This document shows positions 20,569 through 31,912 of a stretch of DNA of 33,337 nt, piece after piece. The notes beneath the pieces were generated by a model. The model was not told the origin of the DNA, searched no databases, and worked only from the letters and a program-made list of their open reading frames with translations. A program made the position numbers and the translations under genes. Source of the stretch: Elsinoe ampelina (lineage: Eukaryota); NCBI GenBank assembly GCA_010093995.1, contig ML992502.1:2721462-2754798 (forward strand), given 5' to 3'. Every line of letters begins with the position of its first letter. Positions within the stretch are counted from its first letter, which is position 1.

Positions 20569-22103
20569 TCAGATCATCACTCGCCTCAACCCGCCACTTC
20601 CTCCCAGTATCCGCCTGCCAGTCACAGCGTCTCTGCCCTGACCACTCTCCCACCTCCCAACTCTGCTCCCACCACCATCCTCGGCGCCAGCTTCAGCCTC
20701 CTCGTTATCCCAAGCAGCCTTTTCGTCAAGCCCCTCAGCTGAAGAGCCCAGACTATTCCCAGCCATGAATTGCTCCTGTCTGCTATGCGTGCCCTCAACC
20801 CACCGGAAGATGCAAGTGTAGCAGTACACATACCCGCTCGGACTCGCTGTCGGCGTAGTGATGGAAGCCAAGCAGATGGGGCAAAGCTCTGAGCTGTACG
20901 CGGGCGGTACAGTCAGTATCGGCATGAGTGTAGTGGAGCTGATGGGTGGGTTGCGGAAGGCGTTTGACGTAGACGACTTCTCCAGGCTGGACGAATCGGA
21001 ATCCTGCATGTTATTCTGATCTGGAGCCGTCTTTTCCTCTGTGCTGAACGTCACACCCGACTTCTCGGGAGCAGGTTTTGCTGTCTTTGGAGGAGATGGG
21101 AGACCCGAGATTGTGGGTGCTGGGAGTTCGAGACCTTCTGATGCTTTCCTTGATAGTTGGCGGGCAAAGTCGGAAGCGTGCCACCATTCCAGGAATTTCA
21201 GAGCGAAGATGCTCGTCGGCAGAAGGATCTTGAGACTTGACAGCAACCGAGGATAGACTGTCTGGGTCAAGAGTCGGGGTGAGAAGATGCGGTTGGTTTG
21301 ACCAGGTCTCACTCCTGCTCGTGAAGTCGGAGGCGGTGGATTCGTGGCCAGGGCGATCGCTTTGTGGTCCGCAGCATTCATGCGGCGCATGCGGCTTCCG
21401 ATGAGCCAGAGAAACGGCGAATGATACTTAGTCCCATCAAAGAGGTACGCTAAATTGAAAGCGAGCATTGAGAAGTAGAATGCCGCGTTCACAGAGGGAT
21501 AGACGTTCCGCAAGAACCACTTGTGATAGTACATGATGCGTTGCCGAATAGTGGCATTCGAGCTGAGCTCATCTCTGTTCGAGAACTGTGGTCCGAGAAG
21601 ATTGGCATGAGCCGCATGAATGTCGTAGGACTCGTCCAGTTTCCGCTTGATGTAAGGCAATCCCACCATGACCGCGAGGTTCTTCCATACATCCTTGCTC
21701 TTCAAGCGTAAAGATTCTCGGACAAGTTCAGGTGCTCCAAGAGCTGCTCGTGGCACCTCTCCATTCCGTACACTCAATACGCGTTCCCGCTTCAGCCCAT
21801 AGAAATTCTCAGTGAAGCCCCCTCCATAGGTCTTGAGGTAATATCGTTCGACCACCAATGATAAAAGCGCATAAACTTCATCGAAGGAATTGAGAATCCG
21901 GAGGAGGTAGCGAGGGTGTCTGTGTGTTGCGACGGCGAGAAGGTATCGCAACGAGGGCGGAATGAGCGATGCTAGTTGCTGTTCCGAGAGGAGTTCTGGA
22001 CATGGTCAGGACAGGTAGATTTGGATTGATTGTGGATGGACTGACCAAAGAGCGATGGCTTCTGTTCGTCCAGCCCGCTCTGCAGACTTGTCATGAACTC
22101 CAT
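20569..22103 (-). CDS. PEX12: Peroxin Pex12 (RING peroxin), 494 aa (exons 22103-22046 and 21995-20569)
   Basis: KPSLFELLSEQQL..LIPPSLRYLL after a 50-nt intron, GGFTENFYGLKRER, PTSIFALKFLEWW, and the reduced RING CPIC...GYVYCYTCI ending in LRRVMI. Confidence 0.95.
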
Positions 22104-22546
22104 GGTCGCATATTTGGTGTGCTTGACAGCTTGGTTGGAGGAAACCTCGAGCAATTGCGAGCGAACGAGCAAGGGTGGTCCTTGGGTGATGTAGCCGAGG
22201 CACGATGACTAAGTCATGTCTTCGCCGCGGAAGAGCTGCTCCCACAGCATGAAGCTCCACAGCAGATCCATCTTGCATTCCGCACATGTTCTCTTGCATG
22301 TACAAATCTTTGCTATTGAGCTCTGTGCTGACACTGGTTCGCGGTCCTTCAGTTAGGGATGGACGCTCGGTCATCGGTTGCCCTTGCTCGTGGGACCATC
22401 ATTCTGCCGCTAGGTTGCAAGCATTCTGCGGTGGAGCGTCGTGCAGCTGCAATCATTACGCAACAATCACGGCCGTGTTGTTAGGTAAGACCACTGTGAT
22501 GGCAGCATGACCTTTGCTTGTAGTCTGTTCCCCTCTTCTGCACAAA

Positions 22547-23651
22547 ATGTCAACAAGATCTCTCCGACAGCTGCAAAGACTCTCACTACGCAGTACGCTC
22601 TCCAGTCACTTGTTAGCATCACCTCTCGTCAAGACGGCACCAATTGCTTCGAGAATCAGATCAATCAGCGAACAGATAAAACCATTTTCAACCACCAAGA
22701 TGCAGTCCGCCCAGAACAACCCAGACTTTAAGCTCGACAAGCTCTTCGATGTCAAGGACCGCGTCGTTGTTATCACCGGTGGCGGCAGCGGTATTGGTCT
22801 GATGGCTACCCAAGCCTTTGCCGTCAACGGAGCCAAGGTATACATCATTGGCCGTACCAAGGAAAAGCTCGAGACTGTTGCCAATGAATACAGCAAGGGG
22901 ATCTCTGGTCAGATCATTCCCATTCAGGGCGACATCTCGAAGAAAGACGAGATTGCCCGCCTCTATGAGGAAATCAGGAAGCGCGAGAAGTGTGTCTGCG
23001 TCCTCATCAACAATGCTGGTATCAGTTCAAATACCCTTCAGACCGAGGCAAGCTCTGCCGAGGAGATGAAGAAGAATCTTTTCGACAATAGCGACGCCAA
23101 CTTTGAAGATTGGGTCGACACATACCGCACAAAGTGATTCATTCCGTAATCGACACGAATAGCACTGCTGACTACCTCATAGCGTCCCTCAATGTTACTT
23201 CATGACCACAGCCTTCTTACCTCTGCTCCAAGCAAGCTCCGATCACCACCACGGCTACTCCGGCTGCGTCATCAACGTCTGCTCCATCTCCGGCATCGTC
23301 AAGACCGCTCAGCATCACTTTGCCTACAATGCCTCAAAAGCTGCCGTCATCCACCTCACCAAGATGCTCGGCTGGGAAATCGCCAACAACGGTCTCAAGA
23401 TTCGTGTCAACAGCTTAGCACCTGGTGTCTTCCCATCTGAAATGACCGCCGGCGGCGAGAGTGGCGACAACCAGAAGAGTGAAATCCCCAAAGAGGACTT
23501 TGAGGGCAAGGTCCCAGCCAACAGGCCTGGGCGTGATGTGGATATGGCTCAGGGTATGGTCTACCTTGCTGCGAATCAATATGTCAATGGACAGACGATC
23601 GTGATCGACGGAGGGTATGTGCTCAAGGCGGGAAGCGCAAGCTCGGGCTGA
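22547..23651 (+). CDS. Classical short-chain dehydrogenase/reductase, 351 aa from the first ATG (exons 22547-23133 and 23183-23651); second in-frame ATG at 22700
   Basis: TGGGSGIG, NNAG, YNASK, IRVNSLAPGVFPSEMT and IDGG motifs, with a 49-nt intron GTGATT...GCTGAC...TAG. Confidence 0.92.
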
Positions 23652-24058
23652 GCAGATCATGAGGATAGTACACAATGGCAGACTAGTCTGGTAAATGAAC
23701 AAATCAAGGTCAAATAAAAGCAAAGCTACGAGTACAAAATTCTTGAATCCATCAAAGTTGAAACACTGCTGAGTTGCCCCCGGGCCGCGGCTGTCGTGTC
23801 AAACCTGCGTGGTCGAGCTTGGATGATCGCTTTCGTTACTTGGTAGCAATACCAGGAGATCGCTGTCCGGCTTGAGATGCAGACCGTCGAAGCTGCGAGC
23901 TAGTAAAGGTCCCACCAGGTCCAGTCTGTCGAGATCTCGTCAATGTCGTCGAGATCGGACTGACGCGTTGGAAGGCTGTCGGCTCGCGAATGTCCTACCA
24001 GACTAGCGTCGTCGACCTTGGTAGTGTCGCTACCACATGCTCCACCACCATCGAGATC

Positions 24059-26500
24059 CTACCAGGCTGCTACTCGCTTCCCTCTATCCCCCTTCAACTC
24101 CGTCGCAAGCGGTATAGTCTCCCAGAGCTTTCCACCATTGTCCACCAAGAACTCGATTCCAAACTCCCTGCTCCAGTACATCCTCAACGCCCTCATCTCC
24201 TCCACCTCGCTATCCTCCTGCAGCCCTGCCGCCAGCTCATCTCTGCGCCTCTTCTCCTCCAACCCTTCCAGCCTGTGCCGATGACCAGCCTTCGCCCTCT
24301 CGACCCTCTCCCGCAAAGTCCCCGGCTCATCCCCAGACGTAGCAGCAGGAGCGACAGCAGGGGCAGAGCGACGAGTCGACATGCGCACAATCCTCTCCCT
24401 CTCCCTCGCAAGATCGCTCTCCAACTGCGCCACACGCACCCGCTCCTCCGCATCCCCCACCACCTTCTCCTCAAGCTCCCGCCTCAAGTCCGCATGAACA
24501 CCCCACGCCTCCTCCAGCTGACTCTGCAGCTCCCCAACCAACCGCTCGGCAGCGACCGACTCCACCCTCTCGCCTGCGATCGGGCTCGTCGACACCGCGA
24601 GCGGCATGCTCCGCGCCAACGCCCCGAGCTCCCTCTCCCTCTGCTTGCCCAGTTCGACCAGCTGAGACTTGAACAACGCCGCCTCCTGTCGGCTCTGGTT
24701 GAGGTCGTGAGCGTAGTTGTCGATCTCGTCGAGCTGGTCGTCCCATTCGGACTTGCTCAGGTTGCAGCGGGGGCAGGGGTCCTCTTCCTCCTCGCCTGAG
24801 CCGTCGGCGGCGCCCGAGGAGTCGCGGGGCGGCGCGGTGGGGTTCGAGGCGGTCAGGTCCTTGATGTGGTTCTCGAGCTCGGCGATGCGTTGCTTGAGGT
24901 GCGAGTTCTCTTGCTTGATGGTGTCCATGTTGTTGGGGTTGGAGTTGGGGTCGGAGTTGGATTTGGCGCTGGTGTTTTGGGAGAGCAAGAGTTCGAGCGA
25001 GGCGCCGTGGGATTTGCAGGCTTTGAGGTCTTGCTCGAGCTTGGAGATGTATTCATCCTTTGACAATGGCGATGGGTTGGCAGTATTGTTGGTATTGTCG
25101 ATGGCCTTGGGTCTGGCCGTATTGTTGGTTGAGGTACTATTGTCTTGCTCATTCTCATTGCCATGTGAGTTTTGTGAGGATTCGCTGGATTCCCTATTGT
25201 CGTCTTGCTGGACCGTATTGATCTGCACAGTATTGAAATGGTTCGGCACCTGTGCTTTGGCTTCCAATTGTTGCTTCAAGCTGGCATTCTCGTCCTGCAA
25301 CTTCGTAATCTCAAGGGGCAGGTGTTCCAATGCCTTCTCTTTTGACGCAGCTCGGGCCAGGTCCTTCTTCAATTTCTCCACCTGTTTGTTGGCATACTCC
25401 GCACGCTGATCTGCGGCAGTTCGCTGGACCTCTAACTGGTCTGCTCTACGATGGTCAGCATTGATCATCGCCTCTGCCCGGCAAAGTTGACTTCGAAGTA
25501 TTGTACCCTGAGCCTTAGCATCGCGAAGCTCTTCAGCCTGAATTGCGAACTCCTTCTCCCATTCTCGACCTTCGAGCTGCGATTCCTGTTTAATCCGATC
25601 AATCTCTGCATCTCGCTTGAGAACTTCTTGCCGCCATATCTCAATACGTGAGGAATACTCCCTGTGGTATCGTCGGGCTATCGTCTGACCCTCTTCAGTC
25701 GTGGCTGGATGTACTGCTGGCCGTTCACCGGTATCAACTTGCGCCTTGTCATTTAGAAGTTCGCGTTGACGCGCCAAGTATGCGGCGTGACCAGGCGAGA
25801 GCGGGTCGGGTGTGGGTTCTGGTTCTTCGGCTTCGTCTAGATGTTGGGCTGGTGCAGAATCAAAGTCTCCAGACGGATCGGTATTAGACTCTTCATTACC
25901 ATTCGTGGTATTAGTGGTGACTGCGTCACTACCAGCCTCGGTACTGACCCTGTCCTCCCCTGTGGCTGTCGCAAACATGTCGGCAACAGATCCGCGTCGA
26001 TAGCCTGTAGGCGAAACATGATCAGCCTCGTCGCTCCAGTCGAATGTCTCTGGTCTGTGAGCATCAATTGTTGGGGACAAGTCGTCTGGCGTCATGACAT
26101 CCCCGAGCATACTATTCCTTCTTTCCGTGTCGCGCCTATGATCACGCTTATTCGAACCAGGATAAAGGAAGCTCCGTCGATTGTGATATATTTCGCCGTC
26201 GTCGGTCGCAATTGCCAGCGGAGGCAGCATGCCATTGTCCAACGATACTCCTGTCTGTCCGGGTGTATAATCCCAGGTCAGGCGCCATGGTGGTCGTGCT
26301 TCTTCGTAAACATCCGGCCGAAGCATTTCGTCGTTCTGTTGTACTCTCGGTTGCTGATTAGGGATGTGGTCTTCGTCAACATCATCTTGCTCCTGGTCCA
26401 TATCTCTCCCTTCCGAGCCCGAAGTGTGCTCCTCGACATTCCTCTCCTGTTCTGGTTGAGAATCGCCATCGCCGTTGCCTGTTGGAGCTGTAGTGGACAT
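24059..26500 (-). CDS. Large acidic/disordered and coiled-coil protein of unknown function (about 813 aa from ATG 26500)
   Basis: An uninterrupted frame of more than 2.4 kb with E/Q/R/K-rich heptad segments. Start at MSTTAPTG is preferred over 26719 because the upstream 73 codons look non-coding in composition. No family recognised. Confidence 0.75.
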   Translation of the reverse strand: MSTTAPTGNGDGDSQPEQERNVEEHTSGSEGRDMDQEQDDVDEDHIPNQQPRVQQNDEMLRPDVYEEARPPWRLTWDYTPGQTGVSLDNGMLPPLAIATDDGEIYHNRRSFLYPGSNKRDHRRDTERRNSMLGDVMTPDDLSPTIDAHRPETFDWSDEADHVSPTGYRRGSVADMFATATGEDRVSTEAGSDAVTTNTTNGNEESNTDPSGDFDSAPAQHLDEAEEPEPTPDPLSPGHAAYLARQRELLNDKAQVDTGERPAVHPATTEEGQTIARRYHREYSSRIEIWRQEVLKRDAEIDRIKQESQLEGREWEKEFAIQAEELRDAKAQGTILRSQLCRAEAMINADHRRADQLEVQRTAADQRAEYANKQVEKLKKDLARAASKEKALEHLPLEITKLQDENASLKQQLEAKAQVPNHFNTVQINTVQQDDNRESSESSQNSHGNENEQDNSTSTNNTARPKAIDNTNNTANPSPLSKDEYISKLEQDLKACKSHGASLELLLSQNTSAKSNSDPNSNPNNMDTIKQENSHLKQRIAELENHIKDLTASNPTAPPRDSSGAADGSGEEEEDPCPRCNLSKSEWDDQLDEIDNYAHDLNQSRQEAALFKSQLVELGKQRERELGALARSMPLAVSTSPIAGERVESVAAERLVGELQSQLEEAWGVHADLRRELEEKVVGDAEERVRVAQLESDLARERERIVRMSTRRSAPAVAPAATSGDEPGTLRERVERAKAGHRHRLEGLEEKRRRDELAAGLQEDSEVEEMRALRMYWSREFGIEFLVDNGGKLWETIPLATELKGDRGKRVAAW

Positions 26501-27161
26501 GATGAAATCCTGAATGGAACAACCCTTGCGGAAATTGTAATGGTCACCTGCGCTGATATCTGTATAATACTCTGGAAGCAAACGAATGTAATTCGGTGTA
26601 AGCAAATGGAATATGGAACTTGCCTGTCGAAAAGGAGAGGTCGCTATCATGTTCAGCAAGCACAAAGGAGGCAGATTGCTACACTGCATGATCAACGGTT
26701 TCAAGGACAAAGGATACATCTTCGCTTTTGCAAAGAAGTTCTCGGAAAAGGCTTGGCCCTTCCTTTGATACCTTCGGCTTCAATGAATCTGTGCGGTAGG
26801 ATCACCATTGTGAGACTGTCGTCCGCTCGCTTGATAGCAAAGCCAAAGGGATGCCTGGAGTAGCATGACCAGTACGACCAGCGTACGGTCGATTGATGTC
26901 AGATGATGGTATGGCGAAAATGCGGAGCTCACCGATGGTGAAGGCGAGGAAGGAGGAGGAAAGGTGTGGGTACGAAAGCGGAGTAAACGTGTTTTGTCTT
27001 GGCATAATCACGTGCCCGCACCAAAAAAAGAAGACTTACGTCAGATGGGCGGGACAAATCGCGGGACAGCAAGCTTGCATCAGCGAAACACCTTCTTTCA
27101 TCAATCCACTTTCTCATCACTTCTCCTTTGTCACTGACACACACAAAGGCCAACAGGAACA

Positions 27162-29909
27162 ATGGCCTATACAAAGACTTTCTTTCTTTTGCTACTGGTG
27201 GCGCTGGTGCTGCTTCCCCAACCGACTGCAGCTTTCGGAGCTGGCAACATTGCTTCCATCTCAAAGGTTGAGGGACAGAATTGGCGCCATGGAGATATCG
27301 AGGACATGCTCAAGACGGTGGCTACTCTCAAAGGCCACAAATGGACTTCAATGATGATCAAGAGGGTTTATTTCGGCAATTGGCTCCGCGACTATTCTCA
27401 AGCTGTTGACGTCGGTACGCTCAAAGGTGTACCAGCCAGTACTATTAGAGTCCTGATCTGGGTCCTTGCCTTCATGACTTTCGGCTATGCTACTGCTGAA
27501 TTCGAGGTCACTGATGAGCGTCTCGGCTGTTATCGCCCTGAAGAGCACATTGACAACCCCAAAGATTACGCTGACAATGAGGATGCACGCAAGTATGATA
27601 AGCGTCTGCGTGGACCGGTCTTGCGGGAGGAGCTCGATGTAGATCCTCAAACTGGCATGAAGAACTACATCGCCAATGAGCGTGGTGGCTGGGCTACCTC
27701 CGCCGGTTATGTCAAATTCAGCGTTCAGCGCAGCATTCACTACGGTCGTCTCTACACCAGCGGCCCAAACAAAGGACGCGAGGAGGATCTTTGTGAGGCC
27801 CTACGTTGCTTGGGCCAGGCACTGCATTGTCTTGAAGACTTTGGCGCTCACACCCAGTATGTCGAGCTCGCGTTGCGCGAGCTGGGCCATCGCAACGTGT
27901 TTCCTCATGTCGGGTCCGGGACCGAAATCAATGTCCGCGGAAAGAGGATCTTCCCTCTTGTCACCGGTACATTCGGCGGTGTCGACTTCTTGCACTCAGT
28001 CCTTGGAGAAGCTTCGGATCACGTCACGCAATCTGAGGTGGATGACATGAATGAGGTACTGGGTAGTGCTCAGTCAGGCAAGCGCTCAACTGGTGGGAAC
28101 GGATCTGATATTGGTGACCTCACTGGCATCCTCAAGCTCATCCCTGGCACAAGCGACCTTGCTACCGAAGCAGAGAATCTTCAGCGTGATGCAGATTCGC
28201 AGTCTCGTGGATTCGGTGGCGGCGACAACTACAGTTCCACTCGCGGTGGGGACTTTGGAGGAGGGTCTGATCGAGCATTCAACCCGATGTCTTCCATGGG
28301 AGGATCTGGCGGGAAGCCCATCACCGACCCTCAGGAGATCGTCAAGAAGATCTACCCCATCCTCCAATTCCGTGACAATGTCGTCCGCACAATCGACGGA
28401 ATCGTGTCCAAGATCCCTGGTCTCGAGTCAGCCATCGAGAAGCTTACCGAGACGGTTACACTCTTTGTCATGCGTCTGCTCGCTCCTTACATCATGCCCT
28501 TGATCGGAGCGGCTTCGCAAGGTCTCAAGCAAGGGTCCAGTGCGGTGGTCGACTCGTCCGCGAAGCAGCAATATATTGTCTTCGATCAGCCTCAATCATC
28601 TGATCCGACTCACTCGATGCTGTCCAAGGATCATTTCTCGAATATCCTCAATGAGCCGGCAGGCAGGGTCGCTGCCGCCATCCTGCAGTACGCCGCCCCT
28701 CGCATTCTGTACGCCTGGGAGCATCCTGAGGTCCCCGAGCAGCAGGTTCTTGACGATGTCGTTCGTGTTTTCCACCACCCTGCACTCCGCGACGAGAACA
28801 ACGAAGCCCATCGGAACATGTTCCGCGTGGTCGAGAAGTGGGTCCAGTCTCGTCCAGACCGTGGCCGTGACCTTGATCAAGTTTTGAGCAAGGAAAGCGT
28901 CAGGGCTGGCCGCAACCACAAGGCGCAAAGTATGCCTGAGGGCGGTATCCCGAACCCATTTGGTGGTCCAGGTGCTGTGCTGGGTGGCAACGCTGGTCAT
29001 GCCCATGGACCTATTGGTGGTGGTCAGGCTAGGGGCTTTGACTCCACACCTGCCAATCCCCCAGCCAGCCATGGTGGTTACGGTGGAGGATACAACGAGC
29101 CTTCTGCACCAAGCCACGGTTACGGCGGTAATACCGGTGGGTACGACAGCGGCAGCCATGGGGCCGGTTATGGCAGCTCCACTCACGATAGTCGCCCTGC
29201 TCGCCACGGTCGCGATGACGACTCTGATAGCCGACCTTATGGTGGCCGCAGAGATGATGATGATGACAAGTACGGCTCTTCTTACCGTCAGCGACCTGGC
29301 TCTCCCGGATATGGCGGCCGTGGTCACGCCACTCAAGGCAGTCATGGAGGATCGAGTCATGGAGGTGACTCGTACGGACAACAGGGTTCTGGATATGGCC
29401 AACAGTCCTCTGGATATGGTCAAGAAACCTCCGGGTACGGTCAGCAGTCTTCTGGCTACGGCCAGCAGTCGTCCGGTTTCGGCCAGCAGTCTTCCGGATA
29501 TGGTGAGCAGACATCTGGATATGGCCAGCATCAGTCTTCTGGTTACGGGTCAGGCGGGCATGACAACTCCAGCAGCGGCTATGGAGGCTCTTCTTACGAC
29601 CGTCCATCGCACGGATCAAGCTACGAGCAGCCGAGCTATGGTGGCTCCACTGGTGGCTACGGCGGCGGCCGCAATGAGGACAGCTCATACGGCCAGCAGA
29701 GTGGCGGCTACGGTCAGAGTGGTTACGGCGACAACTCCGGCTATGGCGGACAACAAGGTGGATATGGCCGCAGGGACGACGACTACGGACGACGTGATGA
29801 TGATGATGACGACAGAAGGCGCCGCAACCAGGACAGCTATGGTCAGGGGGGGTACCAGCAGCAGCAGGGAGGGTATGGTAGCGGAGGGTACGGTGGTTCC
29901 GGCTACTGA
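27162..29909 (+). CDS. het-c: HET-C-domain protein (het-c/hch/TinC family) with signal peptide and Gly/Ser/Tyr/Gln-rich tail, 915 aa
   Basis: AFGAGNIAS, NWRHGDIED, VYFGNWLRDYSQAVD, LGCYRPEEHIDNPKDY, GQALHCLEDF, PLVTGTFGGVDF and DPTHSMLSKDHFSN. The symbol denotes the family, not proven orthology. Confidence 0.93.
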   Translation: MAYTKTFFLLLLVALVLLPQPTAAFGAGNIASISKVEGQNWRHGDIEDMLKTVATLKGHKWTSMMIKRVYFGNWLRDYSQAVDVGTLKGVPASTIRVLIWVLAFMTFGYATAEFEVTDERLGCYRPEEHIDNPKDYADNEDARKYDKRLRGPVLREELDVDPQTGMKNYIANERGGWATSAGYVKFSVQRSIHYGRLYTSGPNKGREEDLCEALRCLGQALHCLEDFGAHTQYVELALRELGHRNVFPHVGSGTEINVRGKRIFPLVTGTFGGVDFLHSVLGEASDHVTQSEVDDMNEVLGSAQSGKRSTGGNGSDIGDLTGILKLIPGTSDLATEAENLQRDADSQSRGFGGGDNYSSTRGGDFGGGSDRAFNPMSSMGGSGGKPITDPQEIVKKIYPILQFRDNVVRTIDGIVSKIPGLESAIEKLTETVTLFVMRLLAPYIMPLIGAASQGLKQGSSAVVDSSAKQQYIVFDQPQSSDPTHSMLSKDHFSNILNEPAGRVAAAILQYAAPRILYAWEHPEVPEQQVLDDVVRVFHHPALRDENNEAHRNMFRVVEKWVQSRPDRGRDLDQVLSKESVRAGRNHKAQSMPEGGIPNPFGGPGAVLGGNAGHAHGPIGGGQARGFDSTPANPPASHGGYGGGYNEPSAPSHGYGGNTGGYDSGSHGAGYGSSTHDSRPARHGRDDDSDSRPYGGRRDDDDDKYGSSYRQRPGSPGYGGRGHATQGSHGGSSHGGDSYGQQGSGYGQQSSGYGQETSGYGQQSSGYGQQSSGFGQQSSGYGEQTSGYGQHQSSGYGSGGHDNSSSGYGGSSYDRPSHGSSYEQPSYGGSTGGYGGGRNEDSSYGQQSGGYGQSGYGDNSGYGGQQGGYGRRDDDYGRRDDDDDDRRRRNQDSYGQGGYQQQQGGYGSGGYGGSGY
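29373..29549 (+). repeat. Coding tandem repeat, about 8 x 21 bp, encoding YGQQSSG-type heptads
   Basis: YGQQGSG YGQQSSG YGQETSG YGQQSSG YGQQSSG FGQQSSG YGEQTSG YGQHQSSG YG. Confidence 0.9.
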
Positions 29910-30362
29910 GGTGACACCTGGTGACAGGACGGCTCACGACAGTGGCGGAGTGGATAATGCTTGAGCGTGGAGTTCTGAAGAGAGTGATATATGACGAACG
30001 GCAGCGGAATGCATCAGATTAGGGATGACAGTATAGAAGACCGATCGGTCCGTAGGAAATATTATGAAGTAACAAAAATAATGTCCCCAATTGATGGAAA
30101 GTCCATTTTTTTATCATGAATTTCGCCATCGAGAGTGCTTCGGCATGTGTTGGTGCCAAGACCGATGAACTTCACGTCAGCTTCAAAAAATGTCGAGCTT
30201 GCCGATGACAGCAATAGCAAGCAATATCAACGACCAAACGCCTGAAGAAACTTCATTGTTCCTTCAGCTCAAGGTATCAGTCAATTTGGAACTTACAACA
30301 TCACGCAATCCTCCCTCGAAGCGTCATCCACATCACCAGCGCATTTGCGCTCTCCTTCCACA

Positions 30363-31015
30363 ATGGCGTCCACAGAAATCGGCGGTCCCATAGCGCGATC
30401 AATACCGCAGATAGTCAAACGCGCACCCTTCCGACTCGGCATGAAACAAGTACACCTGTATGATCCCCTCTCCCCATGCTTCTTCCTCTCACTAACCTCC
30501 CTCCCAGTCCCTCCTTCAGAATCACCCTCCTCCACACCCCCTCCCAATCACCCTACTACGCCACCTTCCTCGTCCCCTTGCACCTCAACAAGCTCGATCT
30601 CCGCGACTACCTCTTCCACGCCTACAACCTCCCCGTAATAAGCATCACCTCCCGCGTGCTCGCCTCCGCCGTCGAACCCGACGGAAACCCCAACATCGAA
30701 CGGCCGCTTCGAGGCCAACTCTTCCGCCCGAAACCGACGAAGAAAATGACCGTGCGGATGGAGAAGCCCTTCGTGTGGCCACCTGGCCCGGCGCAGGAGG
30801 AGCTCAAGGAGGCGTGGGGGCAAAACACGATGGAGGGGGCGAGGGACGCGCAGAAGGAGTTTACGAGGAGGATGAGGGAGAAGGACACGTGGGTCGATGT
30901 CAAGGATAGGGAGTCGTTGAGGGTGCAGGCGAAGAGGATGCGGGAGGGGAAGGAGGGGTGGAGGCCACCTCGGGGGAAGGGGGATGGGAGTTGGGCGGTG
31001 AGGGTGGAGGAGTAG
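30363..31015 (+). CDS. MRP20: Mitochondrial ribosomal protein uL23m, 200 aa (exons 30363-30457 and 30508-31015)
   Basis: FRLGMKQVHLPSFRITLL across a 50-nt intron, then ATFLVPLHLNKLDLRDYLFHAYN and KKMTVRMEKPFVWP. Confidence 0.92.
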
Positions 31016-31142
31016 ATGGGTGGTGTCACGATGGGAGGTTGGGAGGTGGGGGTGGGGGAAAGAGGGGGGAGGGGAGGATGCGTAGTGATTGTACAGGTGC
31101 GGAGGAGAGATATTGTATCTGTAATGTCTGGAAATGGATATT

Positions 31143-31821
31143 CTACCACGGCAACTCGGCGCCGTCCCATTGCAGGACCTTCCCACCAATGCTCTCCCTC
31201 GTCCCTTCGTCGATGTTGCTGAGCATATCCCCTGCGCTCTTTCCGGGGGTGATGGCGCCGAACGCCACGGCATCTGGCATTCTCCGTAGCCAACTCGGTC
31301 AGTACGTACCCCGGGTGGAACGTGGCGGTCGTCAGCCACTCCTCTTCGAAATGCAACCTGTGCAATACCCTATTCAATGCGGCTTTGCTGGGACCGTAAG
31401 GGGACATGTCCACGGGGTAGTGGATCAGCTCGTTCTGCTTCCCGATGCTGCCGATGGCGGACGAAAGCGCGACGAAGACAGGCTTGCGCTTGCTGGCTTG
31501 CAGGAGGGGCTTGGTGGCCCTGCAGAGCAGTATTGGAGCGACGGTGTTGACTTGACAGAGGTTGTGGATCTGTTTTGCAGTATCGGTGGCGACGCGGCTG
31601 CTGTCGACTATGCCGGCGTTGGCGATGACATAGTCCAGGCTGGTGATGGAGTGCTTGGTTTGGAGTTCCTTGACGGCATCGAACGCGTCTTGATCGTTCT
31701 CGTTGTCGATCTTCATGATGAGGCGCGAAATGTGTCCGAAATCCTACAGCCGGAGCAATCTTTGCCCCTGGCTTACTGCACAGCGTCACAGGTGGAGGTA
31801 CTTGGTTCGCAGCAACAGAGC
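31143..31821 (-). pseudogene. Decayed tandem paralog of the adjacent SDR
   Basis: The core is intact (DAFDAVKELQTKH, VIANAGI, VNTVAP, SPYGPSKAALN, EEEWLT, HPG). The C-terminus GAIT...GGKVLQWDGAELPW* (stop 31143-31145) lies in another frame after ~31275. The N-terminus is broken by stops, with only an ALLLR remnant and no TGxxxGxG. Confidence 0.8.
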
Positions 31822-31912
31822 ACTGGCACATGTCGGACACTTTTTCTCATGTCGCACAATGACCTCGTGACTGAGTGCATGTGTCTTGGAATTCAGAACA
31901 TAGAAGCCATGT

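Noticed and set aside
25841..26863. 340-aa plus-strand ORF (and 23990-24799, 24717-25409)
   Set aside because: These are antisense shadows of the long minus-strand coiled-coil ORF, with implausible composition.
28596..29964. Long alternative-frame and antisense ORFs over the HET-C tail
   Set aside because: They are by-products of the repetitive, stop-poor Gly/Ser/Tyr coding sequence.
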